DNA of 64,000 nt, from the IMG/VR virus record IMGVR_UViG_3300023179_000096, positions 5,935 through 69,934 of that record. One strand, 5' to 3'. Made by a program: the position numbers and the translations under genes. The notes under the pieces are model-generated. The model had not been told where the DNA came from, made no database searches, and saw nothing but the letters and a program-made list of their open reading frames with translations. This stretch comes from a virus. Numbering within the stretch: the first letter of the stretch is position 1; each line of letters opens with the position of its first letter. Below are positions 6,546-15,629 of this stretch, one piece after another.

Positions 6546-8867
6546 TTAATAAGCGGCTATTCTATCATTATAACGATCTAGTGAAGAGCCGGTCCTTTCT
6601 GGTCTAGGACTTGGTTTAATTGGAACAAACGATTGAGTATTTACATTATTTACACTACTGGACACAATTGGAGTTGCAGCAGGCGGGGGTCTGCTAGCTG
6701 AACGAGTAAGATCGGCATTATCCGTAGATTCTTTTGCAACAACCGGTCCAGTTGATGGAGCTGCAGCTGGTGCAATAGAAGCTTGTTTTTGCTTGGCGTA
6801 TTGAGCTTCTATTTCTGGTGAATACTTGTTGCCACTACCTTTAGATAATTCAATAGCAGCCATTTGATTTTTTGAAAAAGGTTTGCCGGGTACAACCGGT
6901 TCATCCGCTATTGATATGCTTTCGGAAGATTTTTTTCTATTTAATTCTACTGGCCCAGTTTTAGGTAAAGCTGTTTCTGTCCCAGTTTTAGGGGTGACTG
7001 CTTTTTGAGACTCTGAAGAGCTTGGTGTTAGCTTTTCACCTTCACGTTTAGTTTCAATTTTACCAGCGCCAGCAGTTTCTATTTCCTTTTGAAATTTCTT
7101 AACTGCTTCTATTTTGGCTTTAGCTCCGGCCATTTCTCTAACTGTTTCTAATATTTGTGGGGGTGATTTTTCTGTAAGTTTTCGATCTTCGAGTATTTTT
7201 TTATAAATTTCTTCAGTTTTTTGTTCTCTAAATTCTACAAACTTTTTATAATTTTCCGGGTCTTTTTTGGCAAATTCCATCTCACTAAATTGAATGTTAG
7301 TAGATTCTGTACCTGAAACCGCCTGTTTAGTTTTAGTACCTAGCTCTTCTTCCTTACCTAAGCCAAAAAAGCTTTTAACTGCATTTATACCCTCACCAAC
7401 TTTTTCTCCTACTACTTTACCTGCTTTTGAACCTGCAAAAGCACCGAGCGCACCGCCAGCAATAGTACCAATACCTGCCCCTACAACTGTACCTGCCGGG
7501 CCTCCAACAAAGGTACCAATAGTAGCACCTAATTTTGCACCGGCAAGTCCCCCAGCAACAGCGCCTGCTGCCATCCCAGAGCCTTCTCCAACCGCTCCTG
7601 ATTTTTCAACCGTAGCAGTGTTTCCTATTTTTTTTCTTTCTGCAGATGCTTCTTCTGTAGATAACTCCCCTGAATCCACTTTCGCTTGTACTTCTTCTAA
7701 CTTAGCTTGTTTGGAATCTTCTGCTGCAGAATAGCCTTTATAAGCTGTGTATGCTCCTATACCTACAGCGGCTGCTGCACCTAACATTCTACCGGCGCCA
7801 GAGCCAGCAAATTTAGCCACTGTACCACCTAGAGATAATGCCCCTCGGCCTAACGACTTTGCACCACCTAGTAAAGTTCTACCGGATTTTTTACCTAAAT
7901 CACCTACATTCGATAAAATATCACCTAAACCTGATCCCTCTCCGCCTTCTGCTGCAGCTGATGCGGGCGAAGGTTTAAGCCTACCTTCCGGAAGATCGGA
8001 AGGAATTTTAGGCTCTAGAGCAGCACTTATTTTTTTTAATTCTGCGAGCTGCTGTTCTAATATGTTTTTATTTTCTTTGGTTAATTCGAGATCTTTTTCA
8101 GAAGAATCTGCTATGATTTCTTGAGAGGATTGAATATTATCAGCTTCCGGGTTTACACCTCTAACGCCTGGATCAGGTTCTTGCTTGTCTTTTTTTTCAA
8201 CTTTATTAGTCATAAAGTCAAAAATACCTTTTACTCTTGAACCTATGGCTTTAGCTAAATCAATAGGTGTACCAAAACCGGTTATTTCTTCATCACCTTC
8301 TTTATTTTTTTCTTCTTTTTTAGGTTCAATACTCCCCGGAGTACCTTTTATAGCAGTTTTAGTACCAAGTTCTAAAGGCTTAAGTTTAATTTTATTAGTT
8401 TCTGACTCTCGCACTCTTTTACTTTGACCTGCTAATCTATTCCCTGCAGTTTCAAAATCAATGTAACCACCTTCTTTAATAGTCTTACCAGAAACATCAC
8501 TAGTTATTTCTCTACCGGAAGTATTTCTGTACTGAGCACTTTTTTTATCATATTCTAGACTACCTTCGGATATTTTACGAGCCAAAGTCTGTTCTTCTAA
8601 AGATTTTTTTAGTATTTGTGTTTGATTTTCTAAAGAAGATAAAACCGGTTTAAAATTTATACTAACACTTAGCCCTGTAATAGCATTTTCAATTTTTTCT
8701 AAACATTTAGCAATATCAGCAATTTGATCAGTTCGCTCTTCATTATTTTGCTGTACTGCTTCTTTTTCATCTTTAGAATGAAAAGCTTGGAATGCAAGAC
8801 CTTCTTTATTTTGATCTAAAACTTTTTCTAGAAACTTTTGAAAAGCCTCGTCTTTGTTATTATACAT
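6546..8867 (-). CDS. Tape-measure-like protein (gp29-like)
   Basis: 773 aa, helical, Gly/Ala zipper segments; downstream of gp26/gp51. Confidence 0.6.
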   Translation of the reverse strand: MYNNKDEAFQKFLEKVLDQNKEGLAFQAFHSKDEKEAVQQNNEERTDQIADIAKCLEKIENAITGLSVSINFKPVLSSLENQTQILKKSLEEQTLARKISEGSLEYDKKSAQYRNTSGREITSDVSGKTIKEGGYIDFETAGNRLAGQSKRVRESETNKIKLKPLELGTKTAIKGTPGSIEPKKEEKNKEGDEEITGFGTPIDLAKAIGSRVKGIFDFMTNKVEKKDKQEPDPGVRGVNPEADNIQSSQEIIADSSEKDLELTKENKNILEQQLAELKKISAALEPKIPSDLPEGRLKPSPASAAAEGGEGSGLGDILSNVGDLGKKSGRTLLGGAKSLGRGALSLGGTVAKFAGSGAGRMLGAAAAVGIGAYTAYKGYSAAEDSKQAKLEEVQAKVDSGELSTEEASAERKKIGNTATVEKSGAVGEGSGMAAGAVAGGLAGAKLGATIGTFVGGPAGTVVGAGIGTIAGGALGAFAGSKAGKVVGEKVGEGINAVKSFFGLGKEEELGTKTKQAVSGTESTNIQFSEMEFAKKDPENYKKFVEFREQKTEEIYKKILEDRKLTEKSPPQILETVREMAGAKAKIEAVKKFQKEIETAGAGKIETKREGEKLTPSSSESQKAVTPKTGTETALPKTGPVELNRKKSSESISIADEPVVPGKPFSKNQMAAIELSKGSGNKYSPEIEAQYAKQKQASIAPAAAPSTGPVVAKESTDNADLTRSASRPPPAATPIVSSSVNNVNTQSFVPIKPSPRPERTGSSLDRYNDRIAAY

Positions 8868-8870
8868 TGC

Positions 8871-9077
8871 TTACATATTCCTGGCGTTTTGTTGTAACAT
8901 TCTTAACTTTTCATTTTCTTTTTTAATATGGTCTATTAATAAACCTACATAGATGTCCCTTTCCCAAGGCATCATTTCTTCGAGCTCTGTTAAACTATAA
9001 TTATGATGTTGCATTAGAGAAAAATTTAAAGTATAGTGGTTAACGAGACTGTCTTGAGAAAGGGTTATACGAAAAAA
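8871..9077 (-). CDS. 51: gp51-like baseplate hub assembly chaperone, probably reached by -1 frameshift from gp26 (not in ORF track)
   Basis: FFRITLSQDSLVNHYTLNFSLMQHHNYSLTELEEMMPWERDIYVGLL...NM*; the frame opens at the TTTTTTC heptamer; first ATG is at 9014. Confidence 0.8.
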   Translation of the reverse strand, partial: FFRITLSQDSLVNHYTLNFSLMQHHNYSLTELEEMMPWERDIYVGLLIDHIKKENEKLRMLQQNARNM

Positions 9078-9760
9078 TTACTAAGACCCTCGAGTTTAGA
9101 AATATTATGTCGCTTACACTTCGGGCAGTCGCTTTCTATTTCTTGAACTATTTTAGGTGCAGTAACAAAGAAATTTTCTATTTTATCAAATTGTTCTTTA
9201 GTTAGAGAATAAACAAACTCTTCTAGCTCTTCTTTGGTTTGTTCTTTCGCATCCCAGTAATTTTCATTATCAAACACACCCTTAATACAATTAATAATTA
9301 ACTCTACTACTTTAGATGTATTATTAGATGCAAACACTCCTACCACATCTTCAAATACAGGGTAGTTCATTTCTACACCGTACATATCAGTTAGCATAAT
9401 CTTATTAGAATGTGTAGAATCTCTAACTACTTTAAGATTATCTATAGTAAAATTAGCATCTATTTTATTACCACATTCGCAGTTAACAATAACATCTACA
9501 GTTTCACTAATTGATTTTGCTCTAAGTTGTAAAAAAATATATTCAATATCAAAATGAGGGAGTGCTTGGACGTTAAGTTTATTAAATGTACATACATCTA
9601 CTAATTCTGCAACTATTCTTGCTACTTCGGTATTATCTGCTTCTGCCATAGTTAAGAGAACTTTATGCTCTTTTACTAAAAAAGGACGATATTTTATCTT
9701 TTTTCCAGTTGATGGTAAAATCAACTCAAATGTGGGTGTATTTAACTTTGGTAATGACAT
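9065..9760 (-). CDS. 26: Baseplate hub subunit gp26
   Basis: IKYRPFLVKE, FDIEYIFLQLRAKS, CECG and CPKC, ends NFFV. Confidence 0.9.
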   Translation of the reverse strand: MSLPKLNTPTFELILPSTGKKIKYRPFLVKEHKVLLTMAEADNTEVARIVAELVDVCTFNKLNVQALPHFDIEYIFLQLRAKSISETVDVIVNCECGNKIDANFTIDNLKVVRDSTHSNKIMLTDMYGVEMNYPVFEDVVGVFASNNTSKVVELIINCIKGVFDNENYWDAKEQTKEELEEFVYSLTKEQFDKIENFFVTAPKIVQEIESDCPKCKRHNISKLEGLSNFFV

Positions 9761-9775
9761 AATAACTCCTAATAA

Positions 9776-10465
9776 TTAAGCCGATGGAGGCAAATCTGAC
9801 CCAGGCGCATCATCAAGAGTGCCGGTTTGCCAATTCCATTGTTTTTTAACTTGTGGTAGATCAACATCATAAGATGGTACTTGAGGGTTAATTATTACCC
9901 TAGGTATATCTACCGCTGTTGTTTCTCGATTGTTGTTTACCCAATATCTATAGGCAAATAATACATTCAGCCTATGAGTTTGATTAGATGAGCTGTTATT
10001 CAAATCCATTAAATTAAGATTTCTAGGGAAAGCTTCTATTAATTTAACTTCATTGGTAATATTGTCTTGCTCATCTAATTGGCGTATTAAAATATCAGTA
10101 ATATAATTTTCTTGATAATTTACCGTAAATGTGTCTGGATCTATAATTAAATGCATCCAGTCTTCAAAAAATCTTCTAATTCTCATATTCTGATCAACGT
10201 GAAAAGTAATAGGTATACCTTCACCCCCATATTCAGAAGAAATTGGTCTTTGATAAGTTGGACCGAATATTTTAAATTGTTTTGAAAAAATATTTAATAA
10301 CGGTATACTAGCTTGTTCAACATATAAACTTGCAAGTTCTGCATCACTAAAGCTACTAGCTAGCCCTAGAGGGGGCGTGATAATTACTTCAAATCTATTA
10401 TTTCTTGCTAACCCTGCTCCACTAAGAACTTGGGATCTAAAACGATCTAAGCTAAAATTAGCCAT
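9776..10465 (-). CDS. 54: Baseplate tail-tube initiator gp54 (tube-fold)
   Basis: GLARNNRFEV, FFEDW, LIEAFP, FAYRYW. Confidence 0.75.
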   Translation of the reverse strand: MANFSLDRFRSQVLSGAGLARNNRFEVIITPPLGLASSFSDAELASLYVEQASIPLLNIFSKQFKIFGPTYQRPISSEYGGEGIPITFHVDQNMRIRRFFEDWMHLIIDPDTFTVNYQENYITDILIRQLDEQDNITNEVKLIEAFPRNLNLMDLNNSSSNQTHRLNVLFAYRYWVNNNRETTAVDIPRVIINPQVPSYDVDLPQVKKQWNWQTGTLDDAPGSDLPPSA

Positions 10466-11040
10466 TAATATTTCTCTCTAGTATCTTGCCAAACTTTTTG
10501 TTTTGAAGCACCTTCAAAACGCTCTACTGGTAACAAAGAAGCCACTACCCAATCAGGATATTTTATATTTAAAAATCTGGACTGAACATGATCATCTAAG
10601 TAATGTTTAACACACCCTTTAACGGGTGCGATTCTTGATAGATTTACAAGTAATTTCCAATTAATTCTTAATCTGGTTTCCTCATTTAACTTATCATCTG
10701 ATGCATATTGATGCAAAGCCCCTAGAAGTTTAAATCTTAAAGGATACGGCAAATAATGGAGATTAATCCCATAAAACCCACCAGGTACTTTTCTAAAAGG
10801 AAGTACTAGTGGAAACTTATCCCAGTATGGGAGTTTATCTTTTAACTTAGCATCGTAAAAAAACATATACATCTTACCAGGAATTAAACGTGTAGTAAGA
10901 TCAGGCACATTTTGCATTAATTTATTTGGGTTAGTTGCAGCAGACGCCAAAGCTTTTACCTGCACTTGGTACCAATTAAGAGATTTATCTGTATCTCCCG
11001 CTTTATTTCTAATATTTAAAAAAGGATTGGATGTAGCCAT
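10465..11040 (-). CDS. 2: DNA end protector gp2
   Basis: YDAKLKDKLPYWDKFPLV, GINLHYLP, VKHYL. Confidence 0.88.
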   Translation of the reverse strand: MATSNPFLNIRNKAGDTDKSLNWYQVQVKALASAATNPNKLMQNVPDLTTRLIPGKMYMFFYDAKLKDKLPYWDKFPLVLPFRKVPGGFYGINLHYLPYPLRFKLLGALHQYASDDKLNEETRLRINWKLLVNLSRIAPVKGCVKHYLDDHVQSRFLNIKYPDWVVASLLPVERFEGASKQKVWQDTREKY

Positions 11041-11051
11041 TTAAATATTTA

Positions 11052-11501
11052 TTATGATGAAATTCCTAGATCATTTTCCGTAAGAATTAAAAATTTCATA
11101 CCTTTCCTCTCACAAAATTCATTCGCAGCTTTCCATTTAGCTTGATTAGTACCATACAAGAAAACCTCTTCAATAAACTTTTTTGTTTGTTTTTTAGGTA
11201 TAGAAGGGGGTTTAGTAAATCGATCCGGTTTAATTTCAACTAAATACTTTGTAAGATAACCTTTTTTATCCTTAATCTTTACATAAAAGTCAACAAAATA
11301 CCTATGAATTTTAGAATCTACAGGAGATTTATAGGGAATAATAACTGTTTCTGACCCCCATTCTAAAACCGAGTGGTTGGTATCGCACCACTTCATAAAT
11401 TTAAGTTCCCAGGAAGAACGATAAACAACCTCATTAAGATCACCTCTATACTTAGATGGGTTGATTACTCTATAACGCCCTTTAAAAACACCTTTGTACA
11501 T
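11052..11501 (-). CDS. 4: Head completion nuclease gp4 (TnsA-like)
   Basis: YRSSWELKFMKWCD, HRYFVDF, VEIKP, NQAKWKAA. Confidence 0.92.
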   Translation of the reverse strand: MYKGVFKGRYRVINPSKYRGDLNEVVYRSSWELKFMKWCDTNHSVLEWGSETVIIPYKSPVDSKIHRYFVDFYVKIKDKKGYLTKYLVEIKPDRFTKPPSIPKKQTKKFIEEVFLYGTNQAKWKAANEFCERKGMKFLILTENDLGISS

Positions 11502-11502
11502 G

Positions 11503-11510
11503 GATAAATA
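11503..11510 (+). promoter_or_regulatory. T4-type late promoter for the baseplate operon
   Basis: GATAAATA upstream of gp48. Confidence 0.6.
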
Positions 11511-11530
11511 TTAAATTAAATTCTACTTAC

Positions 11531-11538
11531 TATTTATC
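11531..11538 (-). promoter_or_regulatory. T4-type late promoter for the gp4-gp2-gp54-gp26 block
   Basis: GATAAATA on the minus strand, 30 nt before the gp4 ATG. Confidence 0.6.
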
Positions 11539-11545
11539 GGGAAAT

Positions 11546-12682
11546 ATGGCTATAATAAATGACATCCAGAAAAGACTTGCCCAACAAGTTGTAGGTACAA
11601 CTCCAAATGGAGAATCCAGTCGTTCGTCTGGGGGTGCTAAAGATAGGTTTAGCATAAATGTTTTTCAGTATCCTTCCGACCTAGGTTCTCAAGACCTTCT
11701 TCACTACATTGAATTTGGTATAAATGTTCGGGGTAAATCTGAATTTGATAAGACTAAACGATTATTTGAAGTAAGACGTAACCCAGATGCTGCTAATTTA
11801 TCTCAAGAGCAGATAGGTACAGTAGCTACAACTGCTGGTGGGGTAGCGGCTGGTGTTGTCGCGGGTGGTATTACTAAAACTATTTTAGGTAAATTTGGAA
11901 AGACCGGTGCCGTAGCAGGTAATACTAAAACTCTCGGAACAACTAAAGCAGCGGATACCGCTATAGCAACCGGGGTGGGTGTAGGTGTAGGCTTAGCTAC
12001 AGGAGCGGCTATTAACGCTAATAAGCTACTTAAACCAGATACATCCTATAGAATTTCTGATGTCATAGCGCTATATGTAGATGGTCCTCCAACTGTTAGG
12101 TATTCTATGAATTATGCTAACAAAGAACTAGGGACACTTGCGGGTCTTGTTAGTGGGGGCTTGGTTGAATCTTTAGGTGCTTTAAATCCATTAGGGGAAC
12201 AGGGTGCGGCAGCATTCGCTGCTTTTGCTAAATTACCAGGTGCATTTGGAACGGTAGACGTACAATCTGCCTTAAGCGCTTCTTCAAAAACATCTTTAAA
12301 CCCCTTTAAAGAAGTTATATTTGAATCGGTAGATTTTAGATCGTTTAATTTTAAATATAAATTTTTGCCTAAAAATAAACAAGAATCTGAAGCTGTTAGA
12401 AATATAGTTAAATTATTTAAATTTCATATGCACCCAGAAATGTCAGAGGGTAAATTATTTTTTATTTACCCTTCTGAGTTTCAAATAACCTATTACTTTA
12501 AAAGTGCTAATAATACTTACTTCCATAAATTAGCACCATGTGCATTGGAATCCATGGAAGTGTCTTATGGTGGTGAACAATTCTCATCATTTGATGATGG
12601 TAACCCTACTGAAGTAAATATGACTTTAACTTTCCGTGAACTAGAAATACTGACCAAGAAGATGATCGAACAGGGATATTAA
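11546..12682 (+). CDS. 48: Baseplate tail-tube cap gp48
   Basis: LNPFKEVIFESVDFRSFNFKYKFLPKN...FKFHMHP, LTFRELE. Confidence 0.85.
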   Translation: MAIINDIQKRLAQQVVGTTPNGESSRSSGGAKDRFSINVFQYPSDLGSQDLLHYIEFGINVRGKSEFDKTKRLFEVRRNPDAANLSQEQIGTVATTAGGVAAGVVAGGITKTILGKFGKTGAVAGNTKTLGTTKAADTAIATGVGVGVGLATGAAINANKLLKPDTSYRISDVIALYVDGPPTVRYSMNYANKELGTLAGLVSGGLVESLGALNPLGEQGAAAFAAFAKLPGAFGTVDVQSALSASSKTSLNPFKEVIFESVDFRSFNFKYKFLPKNKQESEAVRNIVKLFKFHMHPEMSEGKLFFIYPSEFQITYYFKSANNTYFHKLAPCALESMEVSYGGEQFSSFDDGNPTEVNMTLTFRELEILTKKMIEQGY

Positions 12683-12683
12683 A

Positions 12684-13181
12684 ATGTATTTTGAAAGATT
12701 TCCAACAACCTATTATACTTTAGATGATCAAAAATCGGTTCAAACGGTGCGAAATATTTTTCTTCGCATTGTAATAAATGATTCTATTAAAAATAATTTT
12801 AGTTTATTTGACGAATATGATATAGTAGAAGGCGAAACACCAGAAATAGTTGCAGATAGATTTTATAGAAATCCTCAATATCACTGGTTAATCTTACATA
12901 TGAATGACATATTAGATCCAAGATATGACTGGCCATTAACAACTAATAATCTAGTAAAATATTGTGAGGGTAAGTATACTAATATTTACGCAACCCATCA
13001 TTATGAAAATGAAAACGGAGACCAGGTTAATTCAAACTACCCTAATGCGACAGCTATATCTAATTATACTTACGAAGATAGAATAAATGAAAGTAAACGT
13101 AGAATTAAAATCTTAAAGCCACAGTACGTAGAAGCAGTATTACGTGAATTTACTAATAAACTTGAAGGTATAAATGGCTGA
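12684..13181 (+). CDS. 53: Baseplate wedge gp53 (LysM-like)
   Basis: MYFERFP, GETPEIVADRFY, NESKRRIKILKP. Confidence 0.9.
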   Translation: MYFERFPTTYYTLDDQKSVQTVRNIFLRIVINDSIKNNFSLFDEYDIVEGETPEIVADRFYRNPQYHWLILHMNDILDPRYDWPLTTNNLVKYCEGKYTNIYATHHYENENGDQVNSNYPNATAISNYTYEDRINESKRRIKILKPQYVEAVLREFTNKLEGING

Positions 13182-14529
13182 AGATTCAGTGCAAAAAGCA
13201 GGCTCAGTAAAACTAACTGAGTTAAAGCTTATTTCTAATAATAACTCAATTTGGGATCTAACAGAATTTTTGGTAGAACTTAATATCTATGAAGATATGT
13301 TTTCTAATTATCTTTACGGTAGTATGGTTTTGTCAGATAGCAGAAACCTAATAGAAAATGTACCGCTTATAGGTGAAGAGTATTTAGTAGTAAAGGTTAA
13401 CACCCCTACTTTTGATTCTAGAATTTCTAAGACATTTAGAGTGTTTAAAATAAGTGATAGAAATATAGTAAGAGATAATAACACTCAGGTGTTTACTCTT
13501 CACTTTGCTTCTATAGAATTATTTTATGATATTCTTTTACCACTATTTGTACCTTTTCAAGGCAATATTACCGATGTAGCGGGTGAGATATTTTCTAATT
13601 ATATTGCAACTAGCCGTGAATTTCAAATTAGTGAATCTACAGATGAAATTAAAGAACTAGAAACCGAAACACCTCTTGTTGTTCTTAACGATACCTCTAA
13701 TAAAGTTAAATTTGTGGCACCCGGGTGGACCCCGTTTAAATGTTTAAACTGGCTAGCATCTAAAGCAATTCCAAAGGATGGTAAAGCTAAAAACTTTCTA
13801 TTTTTTGAATCTAATAAAGCTTTTTATTTTGGTTCTATTGAGCGCATTTTTAAAGAAGCAGTTCAAAATGAATTAGTAATCGGTAAATATTCTATTTCTG
13901 CCTCAAATATACGTGATGGAGAAAATATCCCCGATATTAATAGAGAATATTTCATTGCTAAAGATGTGGAAATGGTTGAAACAACCGATCACATTAAAAA
14001 CTATACCAACGGCTATCTTGCAAACCGGCTTATAACTTTAGATGTGTACAATAAAGAATATAAAATTACAGATTATGATTATGTTAATGAGTATAAGAAT
14101 CAATTTCATACCTCAGGATCTGGGCCAACTTCGATACCCCCTTTTTCTTCAGATAGCTTAAGAAATTTTGCTACCAGTATTAGTTTTTATCCAATTAACC
14201 CTAAATTGCACGATTCGTTTGAAAACAATATTAACGAAAAAATGCCTGAAATCTATGGTAATAGAAAATCAAGTCTGTTAGATTTAACCAATATAAAAAT
14301 GCATATTACAGTACCGGGTCGAACAGATATAGAAGTAGGCAGAGTTTTGTATTTCTCTTATCCTGCTTTAGGCCCTAAAAATGATACTAATGAAGAGGGT
14401 AAAGAAGATAAGAGCTATTCTGGTTATTATTTAATAACAGCAATTCACCATAAAATTAATAAAATAGATCATTCAATGAGAATGGAAATTATTAAAGATT
14501 CTCTTTATACAGACCCTGAGGCCAAATAA
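13174..14529 (+). CDS. Baseplate hub protein (gp27-like)
   Basis: LNIYEDM, P.IGEE, FLFFES, VPG, SGYYLITAIHH; directly before gp5. Confidence 0.7.
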   Translation: MAEDSVQKAGSVKLTELKLISNNNSIWDLTEFLVELNIYEDMFSNYLYGSMVLSDSRNLIENVPLIGEEYLVVKVNTPTFDSRISKTFRVFKISDRNIVRDNNTQVFTLHFASIELFYDILLPLFVPFQGNITDVAGEIFSNYIATSREFQISESTDEIKELETETPLVVLNDTSNKVKFVAPGWTPFKCLNWLASKAIPKDGKAKNFLFFESNKAFYFGSIERIFKEAVQNELVIGKYSISASNIRDGENIPDINREYFIAKDVEMVETTDHIKNYTNGYLANRLITLDVYNKEYKITDYDYVNEYKNQFHTSGSGPTSIPPFSSDSLRNFATSISFYPINPKLHDSFENNINEKMPEIYGNRKSSLLDLTNIKMHITVPGRTDIEVGRVLYFSYPALGPKNDTNEEGKEDKSYSGYYLITAIHHKINKIDHSMRMEIIKDSLYTDPEAK

Positions 14530-15629
14530 TGCAAAGAATTTTTAACAAAGACGGGTTCAATTGGTGGATAGGTGTTGTAGAAAACAGACATGATCCAGAA
14601 AAATTAGGTCGCTGCAAAGTAAGAATATTTGGCTATCATACTGATAGCAAAGAGCTTTTACCTACAAAAGACCTCCCCTGGTGTATACCAATACAACCAA
14701 TTACATCGGCTGCTACTTCAGGGCTTGGGTCTTCTCCTCTAGGTCCAGTCGAAGGTACCTGGGTTATAGGGTTCTTTCTTGATGGGGAGGATGCCCAGCA
14801 ACCGGCGATGTTTGGAACTATTTCTACAAAAGCAGCTAAACAAGCTTTTGCGGCTGAAAGTGCTGTAAGTAAGCCGAGAGAAGAAACAAATAATCCTAAT
14901 GACGGAACCTTAAAAGACGGTCAGGGGAAGATAGTAACCGACTCTCAAGGGGAGCCAGTTAGAGCAGGTACACCAAAAATAGAAGGTTGGGAGTTAGGAA
15001 AAACTTCAGAAAAATATGAGTCTGGGGGCAAAGGACCTGGTGTAATAAATGATTATAACGGCGCCGCGGAAGGCGACTTAGGGGGTGCTTCTTACGGTAC
15101 CTACCAGCTAGCTTCCTTTTTACCTGAAATGAGAAAAAACGGTAAAGCTAGACCCTCCTCTAAAAATTCACCAGTTGAACAATTTATAAAAAATAGTAAA
15201 TTTAAAGATAAATTCGACGGGCTTACCCCTGCTACTCCAGCTTTTGATAACAAGTGGAAAGAAGTTGCATCACAAAATTCAAAAGATTTTAAAGATGATC
15301 AACACGATTACATACAACGTAAATATTACAATGTAATGATAGCTAACCTACAGCGTGCTGGTTTAGATTTAACCAAATATGGACCGGGAGTGCAAGATCT
15401 AGTCTGGTCGACTGCAGTACAGTTCGGTCCAGCTCGTGTTTCAATATTTACTGATCCTTTAAAAAATAAGAGCGAGTTGTCGGAAAAAGATATTATTAAT
15501 TTAGTTAGTGATTATAAAATTGCAAAGGTAGAAGATCTGTTTAAATCCAGTTCACCGGATATAAGAGCAGGTGTTAAAAAACGTTATGAAACAGAAAAAA
15601 AAGATTTACTCGGGTTGGTTAAGTCATGA
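14529..15629 (+). CDS. 5: gp5 N-terminal part: OB-fold plus putative muramidase domain
   Basis: WWIGVVENRHDPEKLGRCKVRIFGYH...GFFLDGEDAQQP; then SEKYESGG...GGASYGTYQ...WSTAVQFG. Confidence 0.85.
   Translation: MQRIFNKDGFNWWIGVVENRHDPEKLGRCKVRIFGYHTDSKELLPTKDLPWCIPIQPITSAATSGLGSSPLGPVEGTWVIGFFLDGEDAQQPAMFGTISTKAAKQAFAAESAVSKPREETNNPNDGTLKDGQGKIVTDSQGEPVRAGTPKIEGWELGKTSEKYESGGKGPGVINDYNGAAEGDLGGASYGTYQLASFLPEMRKNGKARPSSKNSPVEQFIKNSKFKDKFDGLTPATPAFDNKWKEVASQNSKDFKDDQHDYIQRKYYNVMIANLQRAGLDLTKYGPGVQDLVWSTAVQFGPARVSIFTDPLKNKSELSEKDIINLVSDYKIAKVEDLFKSSSPDIRAGVKKRYETEKKDLLGLVKS

Noticed and set aside
7294-8427. Plus-strand ORFs of 146, 125 and 80 aa
   Set aside because: Antisense shadows of the tape-measure-like gene. 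The same applies to the short opposite-strand or alternate-frame ORFs inside the structural genes
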